NCBI GenBank assembly: GCA_964389465.1
Contig: CAYMDK010000006.1
Span: 1 to 62,503, forward strand
Source of the DNA: an uncultured archaeon
GTDB lineage: Archaea > Thermoplasmatota > Poseidoniia > MGIII > CG-Epi1
DNA: 62,503 nucleotides
Direction of reading: 5' to 3'
This document shows, piece after piece, positions 40,871 to 50,658 of this stretch. The notes beneath the pieces were generated by a model, which worked only from the letters and a program-made list of their open reading frames with translations, made no database searches and was not told the origin of the DNA. Position numbers and translations under genes: made by a program. Positions within the stretch are counted from its first letter, which is position 1, and each line of letters opens with the position of its first letter.

Positions 40871-40963
40871 AACCTTTGCTGTCCGCCGTCAATGACGGCT
40901 ACGCCTGAGGCGGTGGACTGCATTCATGAGAGACTACGTCAGGTAACACAGTGGCGGGTTGGA

Positions 40964-40981
40964 GGAGGGGCGAACCCCTCC
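40964..40981 (-). terminator. Stable 3' hairpin (GGAGGGG-UUCG-CCCCUCC) after the large surface-protein gene
   Basis: Perfect 7-bp stem with a TTCG loop on the minus strand, 15 nt past the stop; no U-tract, so terminator function is uncertain. Confidence 0.55.
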
Positions 40982-40995
40982 CCCTGCGTTGTTGT

Positions 40996-43900
40996 TTATT
41001 CCTCTTCTTCGCGGCGGCGGAACGCAACGCCGAGTGCAGCCAGCAGGCCGCCCAGCATGGTGCTCCAGAGTGCCATCGAGAATGAGGGGACGGTGTTGAT
41101 CTCGCTCACTGCAGTGATATCAATCGCCACGCGGTTGTTGCCTTCATCCGACTCGTCAATGACGTCTTCGGTATCTACCGCCAGGTAGAAGGTGTAGACG
41201 CCCGAGACTTCCTCACCAGGTCCGGCAGACATGCCCAGCTCGGTTGCAGTCGCCTTGAAGTAGACGTACTTGCAGGTCCGGGACGGGTCGTTACCGCACT
41301 TGCTGGTCCGGATTTCAGCGCCGGTCGCGGAGGTTCCATCACTGTCGACCACCCAGTTGGTGCCGGTCCAGCTGATGGAAACCTGCACACCCAGCGGGTT
41401 CTGGCTGAAGTCCAGCAGGCCAACCTTGAAGCTGCCGACTGTCTCGGTGCCAGCGTTCATCACTTCAACCCGGAAGGTGAAGTATTCATCGCCGCCACTG
41501 CGCTTGGTCCAGCCGGTGCCGGCCACACTGTAGCCGACCGCGTGCGAAACGTAGCCGTAGTCGCCCAGCTTGAGGTCGGGCTTGTCGATAGTCATGGTCG
41601 CCTGTCCGTCGGCGTCACCATCGGTGAAGGTGTCGTCGTAGTCGGTCCAGGAGCGGACATCCGACTGGATGGTGTAGGTACCCGGTGGTGCCCAGGCTGC
41701 GAAGCCCACGGTAACCTCGACGTTCACGTTGAGTGAGTCACCGGGGTCCATGAAGTTGCTCGCGCTTGGTTCCATCGGCTTACCGGCTGCGGAATCCCAG
41801 CTGGACTTGGTCGGGTTGGAAATAGACCAGCCAGTTGGCATGGTGTAGTCGGTCGTACCGCTGGGCCAGGTAATGACGCCATCCTTGTCGATGAACGCAG
41901 TCGGGTCACCGCCGTCAGGGTCGTCACGGTTGCCGCCCCAGAAGCCGGGGATGGGCTTGATGGCGACAACGGTTTCGCGGCCCTGCTGCATGATGTGGCT
42001 CAGGATTGCACCGGGGCATCCCTGACAGTAGCTACCGCTCTCGAGCGTCACGAACGAGTTGTCCGGGGCAGTGATGGTGAAGTCCACCACACCTGAGTCC
42101 GAGATAGCGCCCAGATTGCGCGCCTTGACCGTGTAGGTCCGCTTGATGGTATCACCAGTCGATGAGGAAGGCGCCCCCTTCTGTGAAGTGGGCGTGATTT
42201 CCTTGACATCCATGGCGTACGAGTTCAGGCCGAATACCGCCGCGGTATAGGCGCTGAAGGTTCCACTGCCGCCACCGGAGGTCCCGACCAGACGTACCTG
42301 CATCGGTCCGCCGATATACTGGTCCTGCAGGCCACTGCCGTCAGAGATTTCGTCCACTACGCCAAGGTCGGCGTAGAAGGTCTGACTGCTACTATTGTCG
42401 AAGTAGCTGCTGCCAGTCCAGGAATCTGGCAGGGTTGTGTAGTTGGCGCCCGGGATGGCGTAGAGCGAGGTTGTTTCACCCGCTGCACGCCACTTGACGT
42501 CGAACCACTGGCCGCTGGAGCCTGCGCGTACCTGCGCCTGCACCGAGGCGGTGTCAAGCTCGTAGGTCGCCTCGACCACCAGGAACGGGTCGCTGTTCCA
42601 GACGTTGAAACTCTCTGAGGTCAACGTACCGGAGTCGGAGCCGTCCCAGTTCCAGGAGCCCATGGTCCACTCGTCGCTGGTCCACTCGTCAGATGCGAGC
42701 AGCGTAGCGCCCAGTACCAGTGTCTCCTTCACGGTGTTATCGACCGGGTTCTCGTCAGGCACCGTCAGCTCGTCAGGCCGCTCGGCCTTGACGTGCAGGT
42801 TGTAGATGCCCGGAGCAAGCTCAGCGCCCCAGCGCCAGGTCGATCCGGCGCTGTCGGGGTCAATTGTGAAGGTGTCGCCCTTGTTCAGCGCAGTCTGGAC
42901 CTGATAATAGTTCCAGTAGCGGGCTGATGGGTCGGGCCACGCCTGCATCCCGTTCATGTCAGTTATGCGCGCGTAGACGGTTACGTCCTGCTGCGGCTCA
43001 AGGCCAATCGACTTCACCGTGATGGAGAGGTCGTGGTCCTTGCCTGCCGCCGCAAAGCGGTCGGTCGTCACGTCTGTGATACCGATGTTGTTGCGGTACT
43101 CGTTACCGATGACCATGATGTCATCGAGCAGTACTCCGCGACCGCCGCCGACATTGCTGACGACGCGGAAGTCAAGGAAGGTCTGGAAACCTTCGTAGGC
43201 ACTCAGGCTGAGTTCTTCCTCAACCCAGTCGGAACTGGCCCAGTCGCCACTCGTGCCCTCATAGGTCTTCAGCACGCTCCAGCTTCCGGAGGTAATCTTC
43301 TGGCTGCTGTCGAAGTCACTTGCAGCGCGTACCTCCAGCCGGTCACCGTTAGCCAGGTCGTACTTGATTGAGAACGAAAGCACCGGCTTGAACGCCGCCC
43401 GCAGGTCGACACAGACATCGTTGACGTCGATGCCGTCAAGGTTACGGACGCAGTTGTCAGGCGTAACCATGCTGTCGTCGGCCCCGCCGCCGTAGGCGTC
43501 AGTGCCGGCCTCGAAGTAACGCCAGGCCCACTTGCCCGACTGGGCAGGACCCAGCGACGCGTCGTCAGTGACATCCACGTCGAAGAACTTGTTGCTCGTA
43601 GCCGAGGTGCGGTGGAACTGGGTGTAGGTGTAGTCCTTGTCATCGACATTATCGTAGAAGAAAGTGTCGAAAACCCGGAACATTACCTTCATCGAGTTGT
43701 TCCACGGGAAGAAGTCCTTGCCCGCCGGCACCAATGCTTCCACCTCAATGTAGTAGGTGTTAGCAGTTGGAGTCGGGAAGTAGCTGAATAGCTCCTTCTG
43801 GTCCTCGTGACCCTCTGTGTCGACGTTGCCGTAGGATGAATCGCCCGCGAGAGTCGGAATCTCCGGCTGGTCATCGCTTAGCATGTGCGACCAGTCCTCG

Positions 43901-46284
43901 CCCTGCAGGTCGGTTACGGTGAACTTGACCGGAAGTGAGTCCCAACTCGCATCACCGGCGTTCAGCACGGTGGCGTTGAACTCACGGTCGTTGTTAGTGT
44001 TCTGTGCGTGCACGCGGAATGCCTCGCTGCGCACCGTGACGTCAGTCACTGCCACATCACGCGTGATACGCTCTGTGCCACGGAAGACCATCTCGTCAAT
44101 GAACCAGCCCGGGTAGGGGCGGCCGTTGGCACTGTTCTGCTCGGTATTCTGGTCGCTGTCGGAGTCCTGCTGAATGCGCCACAGAATTGAGCTGGTGTCC
44201 TCCGAGCCGTAATAGTTAGAGCTCATGGTGTAGCCCTGGTAGCGCGTGTTGCCGCCGCCCCAAAGGTACCATGCTCCCTCACCCGGGCAGAAGCCGGAGT
44301 AGGAAATCAGGTTGGTCCAGCTGGCGCCATCGTCCTTTGAAATCTGCATGCGGAAATAGTCTCCAGATTCCATGCAGCCGGTAAAGACCATGCCAACCAC
44401 CACTTCTTCCATCGCGCTCAGGTCGAGCGGCGGGGTAACGAAGTAGTCGTCCTGGTACGGGTTAGGGACGAACTTGGGACAGTCGTTCTGGGCATTGTGG
44501 TTGGCATCCCAGTCGCAATCTGCAGGGTCCGCATTGTTCTTGTACCAGCCGTTCTGGTTGAGGGCCGCGAGGGCGTACATGCCCTCGTGGTAGACCGAGC
44601 GCTGGGTCTTGTTATCAGTCGTACCGTCACATTCAGACTCGGGCCTTCCACCCGGCCAACAGCCATCCATGTCCCAGTCGTAGGAGTGGATGCGGCCGTA
44701 GTTCACACTGTCGTAGCTGTTCGCACCGTTGTCATCAGTATCTCCAAAGGTAAGCGATGCGCCGGGCTCGTCCAGCTCACCATTGTCAACCCACTTGGAA
44801 ACACCCACGTCCGCCTGGACGAAGTTGTTAGGGGCGACCTGGTCGCCAGCGTGGACCACCTCAGCACTGATACGGTCCATGCCAGCACTGGTGAAGAGCA
44901 CATGACGCGCCCGGTTGGGGTCATTACCGTCGTGCGCGCGCTGGATGGCGTCGTTAGCCTTGTTGAAGGTGAAGACCACTGACTGGCCCGGCATGATGGT
45001 TTCGACATTCATCGGATGCCCCTCTTCATTAGCGAATGCTTGCGTCGTGAAGGTGTTATCGAACAGTACCTGGCCAAACTGGTTCTTCAGTTTGAGGTGA
45101 ATGCCAGTGCCTGACTGAGGCAGGTAACCGTAGTTGGTAGCGGTCACCTTGATTTCGACCGGAACCATTGCTTCGACTGTGCGCCAGTACTGCGAGTGGT
45201 TGGGGATGTCCAGCCCGCCGATACCGATATCGACGTTCTGCTTGGCCTCGCGGGCAACTTCCATCCAGTCCAGGATGGTGGCGAAGAAATCTGCCCGCTC
45301 AGAACGGGAATCAAAGACGCCAATCTCGTCAGCGAAAGTGAACGCCTTGTGGGTCTGCTGGGAAGTTACCGGCTGCCCGTCTGTTCGCGGAAACTGAATG
45401 GCATGGTACTTGTAGGCGTGGGTGGCGTCCCTGTGAACGTCCATCCAGAAAGAGCCCATGGCATCGTTGTCATACGGCCTGTAACCGCACGGCCGGTCCA
45501 GATAGTGGACACCGGCAGTGTCGGTCGAGTACTCCTTGCCGTCGAAGAGGGAATCGTCGACTCCCTTCATCGGATTAGAAGTGCCATCAACGACCAAGTA
45601 ACTGGAATACCATGTGTTAGCATGCAGATAGTCACTAACGTAACTACCGCCATAGGCAGCAAGCCAGTCACCCATCTGAGTCAGCTGGATGACGTTGCGG
45701 TTGCTGGTCGAGAATGAATCCTCGGTACCATCATCACCGTCAAGGTAATCCATCATTACATTTCCCTCGCCGGATGCGACAATATCGGTATTCCAACCAG
45801 AGTACCAGATAATGGTCTCATAATTGTCAAGCAGGGAAAGCCCCTCGTCACCGGCCGGCAGCTGCCAGCTGGTGCCGCCCCAGGTGCCGGCACGGAAGAC
45901 GTCGAATGAATATCCGCCGTCGTTGAGCGCCGTCTCAACGTGGGAGGCCTCAATCCAGGGACCCGACATCCAGCGCTCCATGTCGTCATCGACAATCAGG
46001 ATTTTTGCGTCGCCGGGGTCTGCAGGCTGGGGTGAGAACTTCCCAGTAGCCAGCGTCTTAGCTGGTTGTGGCGCGTATCCTTCCACGATGGCGTTGATGT
46101 CGCCGTAGGCCTGGACGCCTTCCTCGGAGAAGAAGACATCGTCGCCCATGTAGGGCGTCTCGCTCTCGGTTTCCTGTCCCGTGGCAGCCAGCATTGTAAA
46201 GCCGCTGAATGCCATCAGGAAGGCTACCAGTATTGCAGCCAGCTTCCCTGACGGGATAGCGGATGCAGTGCTGTTTGCGTTCAT
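40996..46284 (-). CDS. Very large secreted, C-terminally anchored protein (jelly-roll/CARDB domains); candidate major envelope/S-layer protein
   Basis: Signal peptide, acidic beta-rich body, CARDB-like end (VDTEDVIDESDEGNN), VPSF-TM-RRR tail; start re-chosen at ATG 46284 behind GAAGGTG. Confidence 0.8.
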   Translation of the reverse strand: MNANSTASAIPSGKLAAILVAFLMAFSGFTMLAATGQETESETPYMGDDVFFSEEGVQAYGDINAIVEGYAPQPAKTLATGKFSPQPADPGDAKILIVDDDMERWMSGPWIEASHVETALNDGGYSFDVFRAGTWGGTSWQLPAGDEGLSLLDNYETIIWYSGWNTDIVASGEGNVMMDYLDGDDGTEDSFSTSNRNVIQLTQMGDWLAAYGGSYVSDYLHANTWYSSYLVVDGTSNPMKGVDDSLFDGKEYSTDTAGVHYLDRPCGYRPYDNDAMGSFWMDVHRDATHAYKYHAIQFPRTDGQPVTSQQTHKAFTFADEIGVFDSRSERADFFATILDWMEVAREAKQNVDIGIGGLDIPNHSQYWRTVEAMVPVEIKVTATNYGYLPQSGTGIHLKLKNQFGQVLFDNTFTTQAFANEEGHPMNVETIMPGQSVVFTFNKANDAIQRAHDGNDPNRARHVLFTSAGMDRISAEVVHAGDQVAPNNFVQADVGVSKWVDNGELDEPGASLTFGDTDDNGANSYDSVNYGRIHSYDWDMDGCWPGGRPESECDGTTDNKTQRSVYHEGMYALAALNQNGWYKNNADPADCDWDANHNAQNDCPKFVPNPYQDDYFVTPPLDLSAMEEVVVGMVFTGCMESGDYFRMQISKDDGASWTNLISYSGFCPGEGAWYLWGGGNTRYQGYTMSSNYYGSEDTSSILWRIQQDSDSDQNTEQNSANGRPYPGWFIDEMVFRGTERITRDVAVTDVTVRSEAFRVHAQNTNNDREFNATVLNAGDASWDSLPVKFTVTDLQGEDWSHMLSDDQPEIPTLAGDSSYGNVDTEGHEDQKELFSYFPTPTANTYYIEVEALVPAGKDFFPWNNSMKVMFRVFDTFFYDNVDDKDYTYTQFHRTSATSNKFFDVDVTDDASLGPAQSGKWAWRYFEAGTDAYGGGADDSMVTPDNCVRNLDGIDVNDVCVDLRAAFKPVLSFSIKYDLANGDRLEVRAASDFDSSQKITSGSWSVLKTYEGTSGDWASSDWVEEELSLSAYEGFQTFLDFRVVSNVGGGRGVLLDDIMVIGNEYRNNIGITDVTTDRFAAAGKDHDLSITVKSIGLEPQQDVTVYARITDMNGMQAWPDPSARYWNYYQVQTALNKGDTFTIDPDSAGSTWRWGAELAPGIYNLHVKAERPDELTVPDENPVDNTVKETLVLGATLLASDEWTSDEWTMGSWNWDGSDSGTLTSESFNVWNSDPFLVVEATYELDTASVQAQVRAGSSGQWFDVKWRAAGETTSLYAIPGANYTTLPDSWTGSSYFDNSSSQTFYADLGVVDEISDGSGLQDQYIGGPMQVRLVGTSGGGSGTFSAYTAAVFGLNSYAMDVKEITPTSQKGAPSSSTGDTIKRTYTVKARNLGAISDSGVVDFTITAPDNSFVTLESGSYCQGCPGAILSHIMQQGRETVVAIKPIPGFWGGNRDDPDGGDPTAFIDKDGVITWPSGTTDYTMPTGWSISNPTKSSWDSAAGKPMEPSASNFMDPGDSLNVNVEVTVGFAAWAPPGTYTIQSDVRSWTDYDDTFTDGDADGQATMTIDKPDLKLGDYGYVSHAVGYSVAGTGWTKRSGGDEYFTFRVEVMNAGTETVGSFKVGLLDFSQNPLGVQVSISWTGTNWVVDSDGTSATGAEIRTSKCGNDPSRTCKYVYFKATATELGMSAGPGEEVSGVYTFYLAVDTEDVIDESDEGNNRVAIDITAVSEINTVPSFSMALWSTMLGGLLAALGVAFRRREEEE

Positions 46285-46423
46285 TTTACACACCTTCGCT
46301 GTTTTGTCCTTTACCGTACTCATAGAATGAGCGCGGTTCCCTTCCATCCCGAAGGGTGATAATAAAGCAACACCCCGGCCCGCTAGAACTACTATTTAAG
46401 CTAAGTGGTACAATCGTTTGACA

Positions 46424-47404
46424 TTAGGGGCTTTTCCGCAGCAGGTCCAGCACCCTCAGCTCCTGTCCGGGCGAGTAGGGGTGTACCGTCCGCGAGTTGC
46501 TGACGCTGGCAAAATCGCCCACTGCCTCCGCGACTCCGGCCGGAAGTTCCGGCGCCTTGCGATCGGACAGCAAATAGAGGTGCAGCATCCCACCCGGCGC
46601 GAGCGCGGCGATGCCAATCGCAGCGAAATCGAGCGAGCCAGTGGGGTGGTTGACTATGACACGGTCGAAGCTCCCGAGCCCCGGCAGCAGCTCTTCCGCG
46701 AGGCCGGTGTGGAACTTGAAACTTTCCGATGACAGGTTATTAAGTTCGGAATTCCGTTTCGCCCACTTTTCAGCGGCGGGATTTCCGTCAATCGCGACCA
46801 CCCGCGCGCCAGCCCGGGCGGCGGTGATGGCGAACGGCCCCACCCCGGCAAACGCATCGAGCAGCCGCTCGCCCGGCCGCACCAGCGCCGCAATGCGCGC
46901 CCGCTCGGCCGCCAGCCGCGGCGAGAAAAAGAGCTGCTGTAAATCGACCTCGAAACGCAGCTTGTTTTCGCGGTGCTGCACGATAAGGGACTCCTCACCG
47001 GCGACCACTGTCAGGGCGCGTACGCGCCACCGTCCGCCGACGCCGCGGTCAACCGCCACCGTCCGCAGGTTGGCGTGACTCTCCAGCAACGCCTGCGCGA
47101 TGGACGCGGCGTGCGGTTCCGCCTCGTCGGAGAGCCGCAGGATGCCGACGTGCCCCAGCATATCGAACGCCCGCGGCGCCAGCTCGCGCAACTCGGGCGA
47201 CAGAGCTTCGCGGTAGTCGCGCCCGACGGAGCGAACCGGCCGCCCCTCGCGCTGCACGATTTCGCCCTCCGCCGCGCCCGCCAGCGGCCAGAGGACGAAA
47301 TCACCGTCGTGCTGCACGCGGAAATCTGGGTGCAGCAGCCCCTCCCGTTCAAGCCGGGCGCGTGCTGTTTCGGCGTCAACGCGCCGCACCCTCAGGTGCT
47401 TCAC
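46424..47404 (-). CDS. Trm5/TYW2-family tRNA SAM-dependent transferase
   Basis: FDMLGHVGI, HRENKLRF, FFSPRLAAER, DAFAGVGPF, VNHP. Confidence 0.88.
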   Translation of the reverse strand: MKHLRVRRVDAETARARLEREGLLHPDFRVQHDGDFVLWPLAGAAEGEIVQREGRPVRSVGRDYREALSPELRELAPRAFDMLGHVGILRLSDEAEPHAASIAQALLESHANLRTVAVDRGVGGRWRVRALTVVAGEESLIVQHRENKLRFEVDLQQLFFSPRLAAERARIAALVRPGERLLDAFAGVGPFAITAARAGARVVAIDGNPAAEKWAKRNSELNNLSSESFKFHTGLAEELLPGLGSFDRVIVNHPTGSLDFAAIGIAALAPGGMLHLYLLSDRKAPELPAGVAEAVGDFASVSNSRTVHPYSPGQELRVLDLLRKSP

Positions 47405-47778
47405 GCTATGGCCTGACGGTAGGTCGCCGCGTCAAGCAATCCCTGCGGCTCTGCGGCAGGCCGAAAGGCGACAATCCAGCCCAGCTCGTAGGGAGACTCG
47501 TTCAGCAATTCGGGTGCCTCTTCCAGCTGCGTGTTGACCTCGGTTATTTCGCCGGCGACCGGTACGTAGATGTCGCTGGCGGCCTTGACCGACTCGGCGA
47601 CGGCGATGGAGTCGCCCGCGCCGAAAGTATCGCCGACCGTCGGCAGCTCGACGAACACCACGTCCGAAAGCGCCTCTTGGGCGTGGTCGCTGATGCCAAG
47701 GACGCAAGTGCCGTCATCGCGCCGGCGCAGCCACTCGTGCGACTCGGCGTAGAGCAATTCCTCGGGTATGTCGCTCAC
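47401..47778 (-). CDS. gcvH: Glycine cleavage system H protein
   Basis: SHEW, GISDHAQ, ESVKAASD lipoyl-Lys, NESPYE.GW. Confidence 0.96.
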   Translation of the reverse strand: MSDIPEELLYAESHEWLRRRDDGTCVLGISDHAQEALSDVVFVELPTVGDTFGAGDSIAVAESVKAASDIYVPVAGEITEVNTQLEEAPELLNESPYELGWIVAFRPAAEPQGLLDAATYRQAIA

Positions 47779-48803
47779 TGGAACGGCGGCCGCACCACGC
47801 GCGCGTTTAAGTGTTTTCCGCGCACCGCGACCGTCACCGCCGTCCCCGGCTCGAGGTTGAGGTAGGCGAGGCCGATGCCAGTCCCCAGTGACGGAGAGAG
47901 CGTCCCGCTCGTGAGCTGGCCGACGCGTTTGCCGTCATGGAAAACGTCGCAGCCGGGGCGCGGGACACCGCGCTCGGAGAGCTGGATGCCGCGCAGCACC
48001 GCGTAGCCGCTGCCGCGCTGCGCCAGCAACGGCTGGCGGCCGATGAACTGGTGACCCCAGCCGATAACCCAGCCACAATTTGCCTCGAGCGGTGTCTGGC
48101 TCCCGTCGAAGTCGGTCCCCGAGAGCAGCATCCCGCGCTCGAGTCGCAGCGTGTCGCGCGCGCCAAGCCCGCACGGCGTGGCGCCGAGCGCCAGCAGCGC
48201 CTCCCAGAGCGGCAGCGCCTTGTCGACGGGGAGGATGAATTCGCATCCCGGCTCGCCCGTATAGCCGGTGCCGCTGACAATCAGCTCGCCCTGACGCGCC
48301 AGGCTGAACGGCTCGACCGCCAGCGCGAGGTGCATCTCGAGCAGCCGCGGCGCGTCGGGGCCTTGCAACGCGATGCACGCCAGTTCCGTGCTGCGGTCTT
48401 CCAGCGTCGCGTCAAAATCGCTGATTTGCGATGCGAGCCAGTCCGCAATGCGGCCGGTCGTAGCGGCGTTGGGCACCAGCAGGAACTCGTCGGGGGCGAG
48501 GCAGTAGACTATCGTGTCGTCAATGATATGCCCCTGCTCGTCGAGGACGTGGCAGTAGCGGCAGCGCCCCGGCTCGAGGTTGCGGATGTCCCACGTCGTG
48601 ACCCACGCTAGGAACGCCGCCGCCTTCGGGCCGCTGACGAACAGCTGCCCCATGTGCGAGACGTCGAAGACGCCCGCGGCCGACCGCACCGCGCGATGCT
48701 CTGCAAGGATGCCCTCGAACTGGATGGGCATCTCCCAGCCGGCGAAATCAACCAGACGCGCGCCGAGCGCGATGTGGCTTGCATGGAGCGGGGTGCGGAG
48801 CAT
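47775..48803 (-). CDS. gcvT: Glycine cleavage system T protein
   Basis: RTPLH, FAGWEMP, FDVSHMG, TGYTGE, GLGARDTLRLE; start re-chosen at ATG 48803. Confidence 0.95.
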   Translation of the reverse strand: MLRTPLHASHIALGARLVDFAGWEMPIQFEGILAEHRAVRSAAGVFDVSHMGQLFVSGPKAAAFLAWVTTWDIRNLEPGRCRYCHVLDEQGHIIDDTIVYCLAPDEFLLVPNAATTGRIADWLASQISDFDATLEDRSTELACIALQGPDAPRLLEMHLALAVEPFSLARQGELIVSGTGYTGEPGCEFILPVDKALPLWEALLALGATPCGLGARDTLRLERGMLLSGTDFDGSQTPLEANCGWVIGWGHQFIGRQPLLAQRGSGYAVLRGIQLSERGVPRPGCDVFHDGKRVGQLTSGTLSPSLGTGIGLAYLNLEPGTAVTVAVRGKHLNARVVRPPFQ

Positions 48804-48882
48804 CGCGACCGCACCCCGCCGACGGGGAAAAACCGTTGGGGCAGGACTCAATGCTTATAACCGGGTGGACGTGCCGCACGAC

Positions 48883-49257
48883 GTGGCAGTCCCCAGCGAC
48901 GACAAAAAGCGCGGATTCAAGCAGAGCGTGAAGGTTACCGTCGAGGACAAGGAGGGGCAGAAGCATACGCTGCGGCTGCCGCTGCCGTACCGCCCCAAGG
49001 GGGAGATGTTTGCCGTCGCCGAGACCTTCCAGGGCGGCAGCCGGCTGCAACTCATCTGCGAGGATGGCAAACGGCGCATGGGGCGCATCCCCGGCAAGCT
49101 GCGACGCCGGATGTGGGTGCGCGAGAACGACCTGCTGATAATCGTCCCGTGGTCGTTCCAGGATTCGAAGGCGGACGTCAAGTTCCGCTACACGGCGACG
49201 CAGAGCGCCAACCTGAAGCGACAGGACCTGATACCGGAAATCCTGGACATCTACTGA
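48883..49257 (+). CDS. eif1a: Translation initiation factor aIF-1A
   Basis: GGSRLQLICEDGKRRMGRIPGKLRRRMWVRENDL..PW; GTG start chosen ~25 nt after CTTATAA. Confidence 0.93.
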   Translation: MAVPSDDKKRGFKQSVKVTVEDKEGQKHTLRLPLPYRPKGEMFAVAETFQGGSRLQLICEDGKRRMGRIPGKLRRRMWVRENDLLIIVPWSFQDSKADVKFRYTATQSANLKRQDLIPEILDIY

Positions 49258-50006
49258 TGGAAGAGAGCCTGCTGAGGCTGGACCGGCAGCTGGGGCAATT
49301 AGTGAGCAGAGGCGACCGCAACTGGCGCAAGACGCTCGACGCGGTTTTCGACGAGCCGACGCTCAGGGCCATCCAGCAGCTCTTCAGCCGCGGCGTGCTC
49401 TACACGCTCGAAAATATCATCGCTACCGGAAAGGAGGCGAACGTCTTCCGCGGCAAGACGCGCGACGGGCGCAACCGTGCGGTCAAGATTTACCGGCTCA
49501 GCACCGCCACCTTCCGCAAGCTGGCGCCCTACCTTGATGGCGACCCGCGCTTCCCGCACGGGGGCAAGTCGCACCGTGACCGGATTTTCACCTGGGCGCA
49601 GAAGGAGTTCAAGAACCTGCACCTGATGCACGCCGCCGGCGCCAGCGTTCCGCAGCCGTTCCACGTCCACCGCAACCTGCTGGTGATGCAGTATCGCGGC
49701 TGGCGCTACCGCCCCTACCCGACGCTGCGCGAGCTGCCGCCGGAGGAGCCGCACGCGTTCCTGCAAACACTCATGGCGTCGGTGAAGGCGTACCACGACG
49801 CGGGGCTGGCGCACGGCGACCTGTCGGAATACAACGTGCTCAACGTGCGCGAGCAGCCCTGCATTATCGACGTGGGGCAGGCGGTTCCGCGCCAGCATCC
49901 GCGCTTCGCGGAGCTGCACGAGCGCGACCTTGGCAACATCCACCGCTGGTTCCGCAAGCGGCTGCCGGGGCTCACGCGCGAGGAGGTCGAGCAGTGGAGT
50001 ACGTGA
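49257..50006 (+). CDS. rio1: RIO1-family Ser/Thr kinase
   Basis: TGKEANVF, AVKIY, KEFKNL, HGDLSEYN, IIDVGQ; TGATG coupling. Confidence 0.93.
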   Translation: MEESLLRLDRQLGQLVSRGDRNWRKTLDAVFDEPTLRAIQQLFSRGVLYTLENIIATGKEANVFRGKTRDGRNRAVKIYRLSTATFRKLAPYLDGDPRFPHGGKSHRDRIFTWAQKEFKNLHLMHAAGASVPQPFHVHRNLLVMQYRGWRYRPYPTLRELPPEEPHAFLQTLMASVKAYHDAGLAHGDLSEYNVLNVREQPCIIDVGQAVPRQHPRFAELHERDLGNIHRWFRKRLPGLTREEVEQWST

Positions 50007-50512
50007 GGATTCCGCAGCGCCGCATCGGGGTGCTCATCGGCCACGACGGGGAGACCCGCAAGGAGTTCGAGGTGGCGACCGGCTGCACGCTCGAGATTGA
50101 CTCGCGGACCGGGATTGTGCGCGTCGTCCAGCCCGAGCGGGGCGACGCGCTGCTGGCGCTGCAGCTGCTGGCGGTCGTGCGCGCCATCGGCCGCGGCTTT
50201 TCCCCCGAGACGGCGCGCGAGCTGCTCGACCCCGAAACGTACCTCGAGGTGGTCGATATCCGCGACCACACCGGCCACTCGCGCAAGCGGCTGGAGCGGA
50301 TGCGCGGCAGGGTCATCGGACGCAACGGCAAGACGCGCCGCATCATCGAGGAGCAGAGCAACGCCCGCGTGGCGGTTCAGGGGCATACGGTGGCGGTGAT
50401 TGGCTCGCTCGAGGCGGTCGAGGCGGCCAAGGTCGCGCTGGGGATGCTGCTCGCGGGGGCAGAGCACGGCTCGGTCTACCATTACCTCGAGGGGCACCGC
50501 CGCTCGCGCTGA
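49994..50512 (+). CDS. KH-domain RNA-processing protein (Dim2/Pno1-like)
   Basis: RIGVLIG, AIGRGFSPE, GRVIGRNGKTR, GAEHGSVY; conserved aIF1A-RIO-KH cluster. Confidence 0.92.
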   Translation: MEYVRIPQRRIGVLIGHDGETRKEFEVATGCTLEIDSRTGIVRVVQPERGDALLALQLLAVVRAIGRGFSPETARELLDPETYLEVVDIRDHTGHSRKRLERMRGRVIGRNGKTRRIIEEQSNARVAVQGHTVAVIGSLEAVEAAKVALGMLLAGAEHGSVYHYLEGHRRSR

Positions 50513-50522
50513 AGCGGTTTCC

Positions 50523-50546
50523 TGCGCAATTATTAAATAATTCGCA
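50523..50546. promoter_or_regulatory. AT-rich palindrome, candidate operator
   Basis: tgcg-c-aattatt-a-aataatt-cgca. Confidence 0.5.
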
Positions 50547-50658
50547 AGTATGCGCCGGAAAGCCCGTTGTTCTGGTTATGGTATTGAGTGCCGGGAACGG
50601 GCGTCCAGAAATGAAAGGTGCAATAAACCATGAAAAATGAATCAAACGGGGAGAGAGC

